From assembly GCA_902798015.1 (NCBI GenBank), contig CADBVL010000013.1, positions 147 through 64,146 of the forward strand: a stretch of DNA of 64,000 nt. Reading direction: 5' to 3'. Positions 19,044-28,503 of the stretch are shown in pieces. Under the pieces are notes generated by a model, which did no database searches, was not told the origin of the DNA, and worked only from the letters and a program-made list of their open reading frames with translations. The translations under genes were made by a program, and so were the position numbers. Numbering within the stretch: position 1 is the first letter of the stretch; the number at the start of each line of letters is the position of its first letter. Source of the DNA: an uncultured Bacteroidales bacterium (GTDB lineage Bacteria; Bacteroidota; Bacteroidia; Bacteroidales; Paludibacteraceae).

Positions 19044-20294
19044 TTACTCTCCTTTAATAGCTGCTACACCCGGGAGGATCTTGCCTTCGATAGCCTCGAG
19101 GAGTGCACCTCCACCGGTAGAGATATACGATACCTGGTCTGCCAGACCGAATTTATTCACGCATGCTACAGAGTCGCCGCCGCCGATGAGCGAGAAAGCG
19201 CCGTTCTTCGTAGCTTCTGCAATCGCTTCGCCGATAGCACGGCTACCGCCGCAGAAGTTATCGAACTCGAATACGCCGGCAGGTCCGTTCCAGAGGATGG
19301 TCTTGGCGCCCTTGATGGCGTTGCGGAAGTTTTCTTGTGCCTTAGGACCTGCATCCATACCTTCCCAACCCTCGGGGATAGCATTCGACGGGAAGATCTT
19401 CTGGTTGGCGTCATTGCTGAAACTGTCGCCGCAGATAGCATCCGGAGCGAGAACGAGTTCTACGCCGTTCTTCTTCGCCAGTTCCTCTACGCCCAGCGCT
19501 ACATCGAGTTTGTCGAGTTCGACAATCGAGCCGCCGATTTCGCCGCCGTGTGCTTTGGCAAACGTATAGGTCATACCGCCGCAGAGGATCAGTTTGTCCA
19601 CTTTGCCGAGCAGGTTCTCGATGATGCCGATCTTCGAACTTACTTTCGATCCACCCATGATGGCTACGAACGGGCGCTTGATGTCGCCGAGCACAGCGTC
19701 AACAGCAGCTACCTCTTTCTCCATCAGGAAACCTAACATCTTATGGTCTGCATCGAAATAGTCTGCGATGACAGCGGTCGAAGCATGTTTGCGGTGAGCC
19801 GTTCCGAAAGCATCCATCACATAGCAGTCTGCGTATGAAGCGAGAATCTTGGCGAACTCTTTCTGACGCGCCTTCATCTCTTTCTTGGCAGTCTCGTAAG
19901 CCGGATCTTCTTTCTCGATACCTACCGGTTTGCCTTCCTCTTCCGGATAGAAACGAAGGTTCTCCAGCATCAGTACCTCGCCCGGTTTGAGTGCAGCCGC
20001 CTTGTCTTGCGCTTTCGCGCAGTCCTCTGCGAACTGAACGGGACGACCCAGTGCTGCAGCTACTGCGTCCACGATTTGGCTCAGGCTGAACTTAGCCTGT
20101 ACTTTGCCTTTGGGTTTGCCCATGTGGCTCATGATGATCAGTGCGCCGCCCTCATCGAGAATATGCTTGAGGGTGGGTAACGCACCGCGGATACGCGTGT
20201 CGTCCGTGATCTTGCCGTTCTCATCGAGAGGCACATTGAAATCGACACGTACAATCGCCTTCTTACCGGCGAATTGGAAATCTTTGATAGTCAT
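19044..20294 (-). CDS. pgk: Phosphoglycerate kinase
   Basis: Full-length 416 aa with [16 protein letters not shown] and GGGDS motifs. Confidence 0.95.
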   Translation of the reverse strand: MTIKDFQFAGKKAIVRVDFNVPLDENGKITDDTRIRGALPTLKHILDEGGALIIMSHMGKPKGKVQAKFSLSQIVDAVAAALGRPVQFAEDCAKAQDKAAALKPGEVLMLENLRFYPEEEGKPVGIEKEDPAYETAKKEMKARQKEFAKILASYADCYVMDAFGTAHRKHASTAVIADYFDADHKMLGFLMEKEVAAVDAVLGDIKRPFVAIMGGSKVSSKIGIIENLLGKVDKLILCGGMTYTFAKAHGGEIGGSIVELDKLDVALGVEELAKKNGVELVLAPDAICGDSFSNDANQKIFPSNAIPEGWEGMDAGPKAQENFRNAIKGAKTILWNGPAGVFEFDNFCGGSRAIGEAIAEATKNGAFSLIGGGDSVACVNKFGLADQVSYISTGGGALLEAIEGKILPGVAAIKGE

Positions 20295-20339
20295 AATGTG
20301 TTATATTTAGTTTGTTAATAAATTTGCTTGCCCGTTAAA

Positions 20340-20367
20340 CTTTCAACTTTCAACCTTCAATTTCACT
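20340..20367 (+). repeat. Period-7 tandem array CTTTCAA CTTTCAA CCTTCAA TTTCACT
   Basis: Read directly from the sequence. It lies upstream of pgk and overlaps the stop codon of the 20363 gene. Confidence 0.85.
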
Positions 20368-21694
20368 TCCATCCTATGGAGTTGAGACGTCCGCGATAGA
20401 CATCGCTATAGGACATATTCGCATCCTGTCCTCCGAAGAGATAGATATTGTCGTCGCGCACGATAGCGGTCTGTTTCTGCCTTGCGCGATAGACTTCCGG
20501 CAACTGGTTTTTCGTCGAGTCGGCTTTTACCCAGTTGAGTCCTTCGTCGGTGGAGATGAGTATCTCGCGTCCGAAATAATTCATCTTGTCGTCCACGCCG
20601 CCGAACATCATCAGTCGGTCGTCATACCATATGACGGAGATGCCGGTGAGGCGGGTGAAACTCGGCCGGTCGATAGAGAACTCCTCGATGCGGTACTGGC
20701 CCTTCGGTTGCGGATGGGTGGAGTACTCGAGGTTCCATCGTGTGTTAAGGGGTGCGCCGTTGTCGGCATAACCACCGATGATCATTGCGCGTTCGCGCAG
20801 CGAAGCACTATGGAAGACTACGGAACCGAAATCGCTGACGGGGAACTGTCCTTCAGGTCTCATTCCGCTCAGCACCAGTTCGTCGTTCTCCACGTACGCC
20901 AGTTCATAGCCGTTGTTATCCACCAGCACCCAGATCAAGTCGTTCCAGAAGAGCAGCGTGGTTACGATGGGGTATGCTACCGGCTGTGCCGTCCATGTGA
21001 CGGCGTCCTGGCTGGAGTAAAGGATGTTTCCTTGACCGTAGAAAAGGGTAGTGCTGTCACTAATGATCTGCCTTACGTTCGTGCCGGCCGGCAAGCCGGA
21101 GGGTTCTCCTAAATCCATCCATTCTTTGCCTTCCTCGGATGCGTACACATGCAGCGAGAAACCGTTGGACTTGATGAGTATGAAAGAGTCGCCGGATTCC
21201 ACTACTTTCTGTTCGCTGTCGTCTATGGGGTAGATTTGCGGCGTGAGGATAGTCCAAGTATAGAGGTCCGGGTCCGCCTGATGGACCGTAGCGCGTATCT
21301 CATAGGTCTTGAGCGTCGAGCGGTCCGCCGAACGGATATTCAGATAGATAGGCCGTTTGGTGAAGTCGAGGGTGTCGTAACCGCTCAGCACGCACAATGT
21401 ATCCGGCAACTTCAGCCATGCGGCGCTCGGTGTAGCGGCAAAGACGAAACGCGGCACGACGCTGTCCAGACGTGTCCCGAAGAGCATGGAGTCTTTGTTC
21501 CATATCAGACCCGTGTCGAGGCGCTCCTCAATCGTGAAGACCGCCTTCCCTAAACCCGGGAAAGAGTCGTTCGCAGCGAAATAGAAGTTACTCAGTTTGG
21601 CTACGGATGAAGGCGTACTTGCTTCTCCTCCCCCCTCGCAACCGGTGAGAATTACGAGAGAAAATGCCAAGAATATATAGAAATATTTGCGCAT
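20363..21694 (-). CDS. Hypothetical lipoprotein with Kelch-like beta-propeller repeats
   Basis: Lipoprotein signal LVILTGC. Recurrent (I/M)FGG.D and IIGGY motifs with W-containing blades. Confidence 0.5.
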   Translation of the reverse strand: MRKYFYIFLAFSLVILTGCEGGGEASTPSSVAKLSNFYFAANDSFPGLGKAVFTIEERLDTGLIWNKDSMLFGTRLDSVVPRFVFAATPSAAWLKLPDTLCVLSGYDTLDFTKRPIYLNIRSADRSTLKTYEIRATVHQADPDLYTWTILTPQIYPIDDSEQKVVESGDSFILIKSNGFSLHVYASEEGKEWMDLGEPSGLPAGTNVRQIISDSTTLFYGQGNILYSSQDAVTWTAQPVAYPIVTTLLFWNDLIWVLVDNNGYELAYVENDELVLSGMRPEGQFPVSDFGSVVFHSASLRERAMIIGGYADNGAPLNTRWNLEYSTHPQPKGQYRIEEFSIDRPSFTRLTGISVIWYDDRLMMFGGVDDKMNYFGREILISTDEGLNWVKADSTKNQLPEVYRARQKQTAIVRDDNIYLFGGQDANMSYSDVYRGRLNSIGWK

Positions 21695-21709
21695 ATCAAT
21701 TTTATTTTG

Positions 21710-21731
21710 TACCTTTGCAGCCGCAAAGGTA
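21710..21731. promoter_or_regulatory. Palindromic double -7 box TACCTTTGCAGCCGCAAAGGTA (divergent promoters)
   Basis: TACCTTTG reads on both strands. The site lies between the divergent genes starting at 21694 (-) and 21771 (+). Confidence 0.55.
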
Positions 21732-21740
21732 AATCGCTAA

Positions 21741-21775
21741 ACATTACACATTAAACATTACACATTACACATGTT
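21741..21775 (+). repeat. Period-7 tandem array ACATTAC ACATTAA ACATTAC ACATTAC ACATGTT
   Basis: Read directly from the sequence. The last unit contains the ATG at 21771. Confidence 0.85.
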
Positions 21776-22373
21776 GTTCGATTCTCAAATACATGACATC
21801 AAGTCCTGGCTACCATGGGTTCGTATTCGTCGTGAGCAGGCAGCTCTTCGCGCGATAGTGGAGCAGCGTCGTCGTATGTTGTCGCCCGAGGAAGTGGCTG
21901 CGGACTCAGCGCGTATCTGCGAGCAGATAGAGCAGATGTCTTCGTTTCGCGATGCCCAATCGGTGCTCATCTATTATCCTGTGCATAACGAGGTGGATCT
22001 TCGTCCGCTGCTTGCCAAGTATCAGGATCAAAAAACGTTTCTTTTCCCTGTGACCCATCGCTATTCCATGGAGGTTCGTCCGTATGACGGCGAGGACATG
22101 ATGCGCAAGGGTCGTTTGGGTGTTCCCGAGCCTCAGACGCAGACCTGGAAGGGGGCTATCGACTTAATGCTCGTTCCCGGCGTGGTGTTTGATCATCACT
22201 GTCATCGTATAGGTCGCGGCGGAGGGTATTACGATAAGTTCCTTCGCAAGCACCCCGGAGTGAAGAAGATTGGCGTATGCTATGCTTTTCAGTTGAAGAA
22301 GCACGATATCCCGCATCTCTTCCGCGATCATAACATGAATCGCGTGGTTACTCCTCAACAGACCATTGGATAG
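21771..22373 (+). CDS. 5-formyltetrahydrofolate cyclo-ligase
   Basis: Motifs are IYYPV.NEVD, LVPGVVFD and RIGRGGGYYDKFL. Confidence 0.8.
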   Translation: MLFDSQIHDIKSWLPWVRIRREQAALRAIVEQRRRMLSPEEVAADSARICEQIEQMSSFRDAQSVLIYYPVHNEVDLRPLLAKYQDQKTFLFPVTHRYSMEVRPYDGEDMMRKGRLGVPEPQTQTWKGAIDLMLVPGVVFDHHCHRIGRGGGYYDKFLRKHPGVKKIGVCYAFQLKKHDIPHLFRDHNMNRVVTPQQTIG

Positions 22374-23115
22374 TTGGTTGGCTGTCCCTTATACGTTGTA
22401 TCTCACGGTCGCTCTCGGCCGTGAGTTTTCTTTCACCTTTGCGGTAGTAATAGATGACGCCGTACAGTTGGCATTTCATCAACTTCGCATAAGGCAGTTG
22501 GTCTTTATAGAAATCCTCTACGAGGTTCCATATATTCAGAATGATAGCGTCCGCCTGTGCGCGCAGCGGTTCCAGGTCGCCGTGCACACGCTCGGTGTTC
22601 TGCACATGGAAGGTATGCTGGCGCTGGTGCTCGCAGAAGATGTCGTAATGCACCTTCACTTTGTTGATGGCGGGGTTGTAGATCGGGAAACCGCCGTTAG
22701 CCATACGTTTCTGCTCGCCCTCGATGATCTTCTTTCCCCATTCGAGCAGATATTCCTCGGTGGACAAGTCCGGAACGACATGTTGGTGCGGGTCCAGACC
22801 ATACAGCAACTTCTGCTCTTTCTTGATCTCTCCACGGATGACGGAGAGGTTGAGCACCTGAATGAAATGCGAGATATACATACGCGCGTTCTGCACGATA
22901 TGACGGTATTGCTTGTTCGCATTGACAGTCGAGGTGTAGTTGTCTTTCGATTGCATCACGACATTCTCAAAGGACACAAGGAACCGCTGTGCTTCACTCA
23001 GCACTTTGTAGGGAATCACCTGCTCGGTGAAGTCCGCTGTCTGTGCGCGCTGGATAGCGTTCTGCAGCGCATGGAGTCGTGCTTGGTCCGTGTTGGGTAA
23101 TCGACGGTAAGGCAT
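22348..23115 (-). CDS. Hypothetical protein
   Basis: 255-aa ORF with normal composition and coding-like codon use. No motif recognised. Confidence 0.5.
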   Translation of the reverse strand: MPYRRLPNTDQARLHALQNAIQRAQTADFTEQVIPYKVLSEAQRFLVSFENVVMQSKDNYTSTVNANKQYRHIVQNARMYISHFIQVLNLSVIRGEIKKEQKLLYGLDPHQHVVPDLSTEEYLLEWGKKIIEGEQKRMANGGFPIYNPAINKVKVHYDIFCEHQRQHTFHVQNTERVHGDLEPLRAQADAIILNIWNLVEDFYKDQLPYAKLMKCQLYGVIYYYRKGERKLTAESDREIQRIRDSQPTIQWSVEE

Positions 23116-23146
23116 AATACTATTTACGATTTAATCATTTACAATT

Positions 23147-24115
23147 TTACGATTTGCGAACGGCAAGCCGTTCAGCGAGTTCGCGTAGTTTGTCGCAGGC
23201 TTTGTTTTGCGGCAGTCTGTCGAGTTGCGCGAGCGCCAGCGCGGTATGTTGCTCCATGATGGTCTCTACGGCCTCGCGCACACCCAGACGGTTGTATATA
23301 GCCGTCACGGCTTCAATCTTCTCCGCATCGCGGCCGGTGGTCATAAGCCATTCCAGCAGTTCCGCTTTCGACTCCGCGTCCGCTTGCTCAAAGGCGGTCA
23401 GCAGCAGAATGGTCTTTTTGTTGCAGCATATATCTCCTCCGATAGCTTTGCCGAAGGTCTTCGGGTCACCATACACATCGAGGATGTCATCCTGGATCTG
23501 GAAAGCCAAGCCGATATGCAGGCCGTATTGATAGAGTGCTTCCTGTTGCGCGGGGTTGGCGCCGGCGATATATCCGCCTGTGCGCAGCGCGTTGGCGATA
23601 AGCACCGAGGTCTTCTTCTCAATCATCATCATATAATCCTCGATGCGCACTTGGTTCTGGTGCTCGAAGTCCACGTCGTACTGCTGCCCCTCGCAGATGG
23701 CCGTCGCCATCTCGTTGAACCATTTCAGTACTTGCGGTAACTTGTCTGCCGGCACTTGGGCTAACTGCTTGTAGGCTTCGATGAGCATCTGGTCGCCGGA
23801 GAGGATGGCGGTGTTGTCGTTCCATTTGACATGAACCGTCTCGCGTCCGCGACGTACAGCCGCGCGATCCATCACATCGTCGTGCAGCAGCGTGAAGTTA
23901 TGGAAGATCTCCAAGGCCAATGCTGCCGGCACGGCATGCTCAATCGCATCGCCGTTGAGCAATCCGCCGTTCACGATCAACTCTGCCGCAATAATGGCGA
24001 GGGTGGGGCGCAGACGCTTACCGCCGGAAGCCAAGGTATAGGCGATGGGCTCGTATAGACCCTTCGGCTCCTTGTTCCAGTCCAACTGCTCTATCTCTTT
24101 GATGATATCAACCAT
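23147..24115 (-). CDS. Polyprenyl diphosphate synthase (trans-IPPS family)
   Basis: First DDxxD motif LLHDDVMD and second motif FQIQDDILD. ATG 24115 (MVDIIKE) is preferred over the TTG at 24139 inside the heptamer array. Confidence 0.85.
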   Translation of the reverse strand: MVDIIKEIEQLDWNKEPKGLYEPIAYTLASGGKRLRPTLAIIAAELIVNGGLLNGDAIEHAVPAALALEIFHNFTLLHDDVMDRAAVRRGRETVHVKWNDNTAILSGDQMLIEAYKQLAQVPADKLPQVLKWFNEMATAICEGQQYDVDFEHQNQVRIEDYMMMIEKKTSVLIANALRTGGYIAGANPAQQEALYQYGLHIGLAFQIQDDILDVYGDPKTFGKAIGGDICCNKKTILLLTAFEQADAESKAELLEWLMTTGRDAEKIEAVTAIYNRLGVREAVETIMEQHTALALAQLDRLPQNKACDKLRELAERLAVRKS

Positions 24116-24125
24116 TTCTTTCACT

Positions 24126-24146
24126 CTTTCAACTTTCAACTTTAAA
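24126..24146 (+). repeat. Period-7 tandem array CTTTCAA CTTTCAA CTTTAAA
   Basis: Read directly from the sequence. It spans the ddl stop codon and the leader of the polyprenyl synthase gene. Confidence 0.8.
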
Positions 24147-24288
24147 AGAACTTGTTCTCGATAATATCCGTCAGCACATCCTTGATGTCCAGTCCGGCTG
24201 CGCGAACCTGCTGGGGAATGAAACTGGTCGGCGTCATTCCGGGAGTGGTATTTACCTCTAAAAGGTTAATTTGTACATTCAAATTGTC

Positions 24289-24319
24289 CTCCTTTCCTTC
24301 AGGGAGGGTCGGGGTAGGC
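24289..24319 (-). repeat. GC-rich hairpin element, in frame in ddl
   Basis: Plus-strand sequence CTCCTTTCCTTCAGGGAGGGTCGGGGTAGGC. Translated in ddl as KPTPTLPEGKED. Confidence 0.85.
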
Positions 24320-24954
24320 TTCTCTGTTATAATCCAGTCCACGCGGATGATACCTTGTGCGCCGATGATGTCGTACAGACGCAGCGTCTCGGCCTGAATC
24401 TTGTCGCGTACGGCATCGGGAATACGGGCGGGCGTGATCTCATCCACTTCGCCTTTGTACTTGGCGTTGTAGTCGAAGAACTCATTATGCGTCACTACCT
24501 CCGTGATGGGGAAAGCAACGGCTTTGTCTTTGGTCTTATAGACGCCGCAGGTCACCTCAGTGCCTTTCATGAACGACTCGCAGATCACCTCGTCGCCCTC
24601 TTGGAACGCACGCTCGATGGCGGGATAAACCTCTTCTACCGTCTTCACTTTTGTGCAACCGAACGAAGAACCGCCGATATTCGATTTGATGAAGCAGGGC
24701 AGTCCCAGCGTCTCGGCGATCTTCGGCGCATTCGGCCATTTCTGTCCGGCGCGGAGCATCAGGCTGTTCGCGATATGGAAACCGAAATAGGAGAGGTAAT
24801 GATTGCAGGCGTATTTGTTGAACGTCAGCGCTGCGGCTAACACTCCGCAGCAGGAGTAAGGCATACCGATCATATCGAGGTATCCCTGCAGAATGCCGTT
24901 CTCGCCCGGCGTACCGTGTATCGTGATATACGCGAAATCGAAGGTGTGCTTCAC

Positions 24955-24976
24955 GCCCCCGCGCGTGGGGGTAGGC
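24955..24976 (-). repeat. Degenerate hairpin element (GCCCCCGCGCGTGGGGGTAGGC) at the ddl frame break
   Basis: It shares the GGGGGTAGGC end with the hairpin family. Its core is a CCCCCGCG/CGTGGGGG palindrome. Confidence 0.6.
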
Positions 24977-25147
24977 TACCCAGTTCTTGCCGTCAAAAAC
25001 CACGATGGTGCAATCGTAGCGCTCCTTGTCCATAAAGGAGTAGATACCAGCTGCCGAACGGAGCGACACATCGTGTTCGCTACTGTCTCCGCCGGCAATA
25101 ATAGCTATGTTTCGTTTCATTTTTCGCCTTAAAATGCAATTTGGCTG

Positions 25148-25155
25148 CAAATTTA
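25148..25155 (-). promoter_or_regulatory. Bacteroidetes -7 box TAAATTTG for ddl
   Basis: TAnnTTTG, 28 nt upstream of ATG 25120. Confidence 0.5.
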
Positions 25156-25239
25156 CTACAAATTATTTAAATATACAAGATTTTGACAAGAAAAATTAAA
25201 TAAGTTTACTTTATTTAATTATTTTTTTTGCTATAGCAT

Positions 25240-25266
25240 AAAAAAAAAGAGCCCCTAGGGCTCTCT
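25240..25266 (-). terminator. Rho-independent terminator
   Basis: Minus-strand stem AGAGCCC / GGGCTCT followed by a T-run of 9, just after the stop at 25273. Confidence 0.7.
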
Positions 25267-25272
25267 TGCGGT

Positions 25273-25566
25273 TTAGCGCAATTCAATTCTGCGGGAAACA
25301 GTCTCTCCGTTGACCTTCGCATAGAGGCGGTAAGTACCGCGGTCCAATTCGAATTCTGCGAAGTGTCCACGCTCTTTCTGAAGCAGTTTGCCTTGCATCG
25401 AGTAGATGCGGGCTTCCTCCATTTGAGTGGATGTCACTACCAGCGTGTTCTCGCGGAAGCGAACAGTGAAATTATCATTGTTTTTTGCGGCGTCCGCGAA
25501 GGTGAAACCTGCCATCAGGCAGCAGAATGTCAACAGATAACTAACTTTGCACAAATACTTCTTCAT
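25273..25566 (-). CDS. Small secreted protein consisting of a signal peptide plus a T9SS-type C-terminal-domain-like module
   Basis: ATG 25566 gives MKKYLCKVSYLLTFCCLMAGFTFA. The rest (..ARIYSMQGKLL....FELDRGTYRLYAKVNGETVSRRIELR) resembles type A Por-secretion tails. Confidence 0.5.
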   Translation of the reverse strand: MKKYLCKVSYLLTFCCLMAGFTFADAAKNNDNFTVRFRENTLVVTSTQMEEARIYSMQGKLLQKERGHFAEFELDRGTYRLYAKVNGETVSRRIELR

Positions 25567-25779
25567 AGTTAGTTCCTTTCTTTTAAGACTAATACCAGTT
25601 TTTCGTTCGCACCAATGCGTAGGTCTGCATCCCTGTACACAGTACACGTTTGCGCCTTGAGAGCAGATGTCATCGAAAAACGTCGCAAAATTACTGCCTT
25701 TCGTGGAGATGTGCAAATATATTCGCCAAAAACTGACAAATTTCTACAAAATGCCCAATCGAGTTGACAAATTGTATTT

Positions 25780-26853
25780 TTACCGGCTTGCGCGGATATA
25801 GAGCGGAATGGAAATGGCTAAGAAGACGAGGTTCGGCAGCCATGCCGCCATCAGCGGCGACATCACGTTATTGACAGAGAACGTGGTGCTGACGGTGGAG
25901 AAAAGGATATAGCCGGCGGTCAGCATGATGCCTAAGCCGAGGTTCTTGCCCATGCCCCCGCGTTGGCGTCTGCTGGACATTGTCACGCCGAGCAGCGTCA
26001 TGATAAACGCCCCGAGAGGCATCGCCCAGCGCTTGTGGTACTCCACCTCGAACGGCTTGACGTTGCCGCTGCCGCGTTGCAACTGGCGTTTGATATAGCG
26101 GCGCAGTTCAGGCGTGGTCATCTGTTGCGCCTGTTGGGCGGTGATGAACAGTTCGTCGGGATCGATAGGAAGGACGATATCTTTGCGTCCTCCCCGTTCC
26201 AGACTCTCACGCAAGCCGACAAACGTGCGCTGCGTGTAATGGTCCAGATGCCAGTATTCCAGCGAGTCGTAATAGATGCGGTCGGCTGTCAGACGCGAGA
26301 CGAGCGTCTTGCCTTCGAAATACTCAATCGAACAGCGGTAGCCTATCTCCGAGCGGCGCTGGAAGGACTCGATATACAGGATCGTGCCGGGTTCTACTTC
26401 CAACTGGATATTACGGGCATTTTCTGTCGTGAAATGCTCCACGTATTTGTCGGTGAAATTGAGCATGCGCGCAGCGCTGCGCGGGATAATCCATCCGCCG
26501 AGAAACACGCCCAAAGCGAAGAGAATCGTTGCGGAGACGGCATAGGGAACCATCATACGGTGATAACTCACGCCGGCAGCCAGGATAGCGATGATCTCCG
26601 AATTGCCGGCCATCTTGCTCGTAAAGAAGATGACGGAGATGAAGATGAACAGCGAACTGAACATATTCATGTAATACGGGATAAACGGCAGGTAATAATC
26701 GAAGATGATCTCCTTGAGCGGCACTTGGTGCTCAAAGAAATCGTCCATCTTCTCCGTCATGTCGAAGACGATGGCGATGGAGAGAATCAGCACGATGGAG
26801 AAAAAGAACGTGCCCAAAAACTTCCTGATTATGTACCAGTCCAACCGTTTCAT
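25780..26853 (-). CDS. LptF/LptG-family LPS export permease
   Basis: MKRLDWYIIRKFLGTFFFS N-terminus and 6 TM segments around a periplasmic domain. Confidence 0.8.
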   Translation of the reverse strand: MKRLDWYIIRKFLGTFFFSIVLILSIAIVFDMTEKMDDFFEHQVPLKEIIFDYYLPFIPYYMNMFSSLFIFISVIFFTSKMAGNSEIIAILAAGVSYHRMMVPYAVSATILFALGVFLGGWIIPRSAARMLNFTDKYVEHFTTENARNIQLEVEPGTILYIESFQRRSEIGYRCSIEYFEGKTLVSRLTADRIYYDSLEYWHLDHYTQRTFVGLRESLERGGRKDIVLPIDPDELFITAQQAQQMTTPELRRYIKRQLQRGSGNVKPFEVEYHKRWAMPLGAFIMTLLGVTMSSRRQRGGMGKNLGLGIMLTAGYILFSTVSTTFSVNNVMSPLMAAWLPNLVFLAISIPLYIRASR

Positions 26854-26864
26854 CGGCTCCCTTA

Positions 26865-27998
26865 TTACATCCGCTGCATGATATTCGGCATTACGCCCGC
26901 TTTCCAGGAGGAGTAATCTCCGGCGAGGATATGTTGGCGCGCCTGCGTGACGAGGTCGAGATAGAAAGCGAGGTTATGAATAGAGAGCACTTCCAGGCCG
27001 AGCATCTCTTGCGCGTGTATCAAATGACGAACGTATGCGCGGGTGTAGGCATGATCGACGTAACTGGTACCGAGCGGGTCAAGTTCCGTGAAGTCATCTT
27101 CCCATTTCTTGTTGCGCAGGTTCATCACGCCGTTCCAGGTGAAGATCATGCCGTTGCGGCCATTACGGGTAGGCATCACGCAGTCGAACATGTCAATGCC
27201 GCGCTCGATGGCCTCCAGGATGTTCCACGGCGTACCGACGCCCATCAGGTAGCGGGGTTTGTCGGTCGGCAGGATGTCGTTGCATACTTCGATCATGTCG
27301 TACATCACTTCCGTCGGTTCGCCTACGGCGAGTCCGCCGATGGCATAACCGTCTCGGTCGAGGTCGCGCAGCCGCTTGGAGGCGTCTTGACGCAAGTCGG
27401 TATAGGTGCAACCCTGTACGATAGGGAAGAGATGTTGCTTGTAGCCGTACAGATCATCGGTGCTGTCGAAGCGCGCGATGCAGCGGTCGAGCCAGCGGTG
27501 CGTGCGCTCCATCGAGTCTTTGGCGTATCTCTTGTCCGCCGTTCCGGGACAACACTCGTCGAAAGCCATCATGATGTCGGCGCCTATCTCGCGCTCGATG
27601 TCCATCACCGATTCAGGGGTGAACATCAGTTTGCGGCCGTCGATATGACTGGAGAAACGTACGCCTTCTTCGCTCATCTTACGGATGTCCGTCAGAGAGA
27701 AGACCTGAAAACCGCCGCTGTCCGTTAATATCGGGCGTGTCCATCCTTCGAAGCGATGCAGTCCGCCGGCCTGACGAAGAATCTCCGTGCCGGGACGCAG
27801 GTAGAGGTGATAGGTGTTGCCTAAGATGATCTGGGCTTTGATATCTTCCTCCAGCTCTTTGCGTTGTACGCCTTTGACGGTGCCGGCTGTGCCGACGGGC
27901 ATGAAGATAGGCGTGAGGATGTCGCCGTGGTCGGTGTGGATCACGCCCGCCCTCGGTCCTACGCCCTTCGCCTCGCTATGTAATTCAAAAAAACTCAT
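26865..27998 (-). CDS. tgt: tRNA-guanine transglycosylase (queuine tRNA-ribosyltransferase)
   Basis: Motifs are [24 protein letters not shown] and the C-terminal zinc-site region. Confidence 0.95.
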   Translation of the reverse strand: MSFFELHSEAKGVGPRAGVIHTDHGDILTPIFMPVGTAGTVKGVQRKELEEDIKAQIILGNTYHLYLRPGTEILRQAGGLHRFEGWTRPILTDSGGFQVFSLTDIRKMSEEGVRFSSHIDGRKLMFTPESVMDIEREIGADIMMAFDECCPGTADKRYAKDSMERTHRWLDRCIARFDSTDDLYGYKQHLFPIVQGCTYTDLRQDASKRLRDLDRDGYAIGGLAVGEPTEVMYDMIEVCNDILPTDKPRYLMGVGTPWNILEAIERGIDMFDCVMPTRNGRNGMIFTWNGVMNLRNKKWEDDFTELDPLGTSYVDHAYTRAYVRHLIHAQEMLGLEVLSIHNLAFYLDLVTQARQHILAGDYSSWKAGVMPNIMQRM

Positions 27999-28336
27999 AT
28001 GCGGTTATTCGCGGGAAAGACGATTGCGGGTTTGAAACTCTTCGCCTCTTCGGGCGTCATGAGCGCATAGGCCATGATGATGACTGTGTCGCCTACGTTC
28101 ACTAAATGTGCGGCAGCGCCGTTGATGCAGATGCATCCGGATCCGCGTTTGCCGGCGATGACGTACGTCTCAAGCCGCGCGCCGTTGGTGTTGTCCACTA
28201 CCTGCACCCGCTCGCCGGCAACGATGTTTGCCGCCTCCATGAGTGCCTCATCGATAGTGATGGAACCGATATACTCGAGGTTTGCTTCAGTCACCGTCAC
28301 GCGGTGAATCTTCGATTTCAGTATATTCAAAAGCAT
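27995..28336 (-). CDS. panD: Aspartate 1-decarboxylase
   Basis: ATG 28336 gives [29 protein letters not shown] (the G-S self-cleavage site). There is a 4-nt ATGA overlap with the tgt start. Confidence 0.9.
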   Translation of the reverse strand: MLLNILKSKIHRVTVTEANLEYIGSITIDEALMEAANIVAGERVQVVDNTNGARLETYVIAGKRGSGCICINGAAAHLVNVGDTVIIMAYALMTPEEAKSFKPAIVFPANNRI

Positions 28337-28381
28337 AGCGCTGATTATTATTTTGAGTGGTCTTGTTAACTTTTGCGAGCG

Positions 28382-28389
28382 CAAAAGTA
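28382..28389 (-). promoter_or_regulatory. Bacteroidetes -7 box TACTTTTG for panD-tgt, part of palindrome CTTTTGCGAGCGCAAAAG
   Basis: TAnnTTTG, 46 nt upstream of ATG 28336. Confidence 0.55.
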
Positions 28390-28422
28390 CTGCTTTTTTC
28401 TGACATACACAAATATTTGAAC

Positions 28423-28450
28423 AAAAAAGAGCCCCGAGAGGCTCTTTTTT
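28423..28450 (-). terminator. Rho-independent (bidirectional-looking) terminator after the giant gene
   Basis: Stem AGAGCC / GGCTCT flanked by A6 and T5. It lies 54 nt past the stop at 28504. Confidence 0.65.
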
Positions 28451-28503
28451 GGTTCTAAGTGCTAAATGTTGCAGCGGAGCTGCGGCTGCGCCTGCGGCGG
28501 GAA

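Larger units (their letters stand above)
24142..25120 (-). pseudogene. ddl: D-alanine--D-alanine ligase, frameshifted as sequenced
   Basis: The N-terminal part MKRNIAIIAGGDSSEHDVSLRSA... (from ATG 25120) and the C-terminal part ..FDFAYITIHGTPGENGILQGY...NLLEVNTTPGMT...DIIENKF are in different frames. They join near 24955-24985. Confidence 0.85.

Noticed and set aside
22366-23100. 244-aa plus-strand ORF
   Set aside because: It mirrors the 22348..23115 minus ORF. The minus product has a more protein-like composition, and the plus ORF would lack a promoter because it starts inside the MTHFS 3' end. I admit neither has a recognised motif, so the strand call is only moderately confident.
24142-25150. 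Two separate ORFs (270 aa and 197 aa) listed over ddl
   Set aside because: Together they make one colinear D-Ala-D-Ala ligase. They are treated as a single frameshifted gene rather than two genes.
25963-27728. 317-aa and 265-aa plus-strand ORFs
   Set aside because: They are antisense to lptF/G-like and tgt, both of which have strong family motifs.
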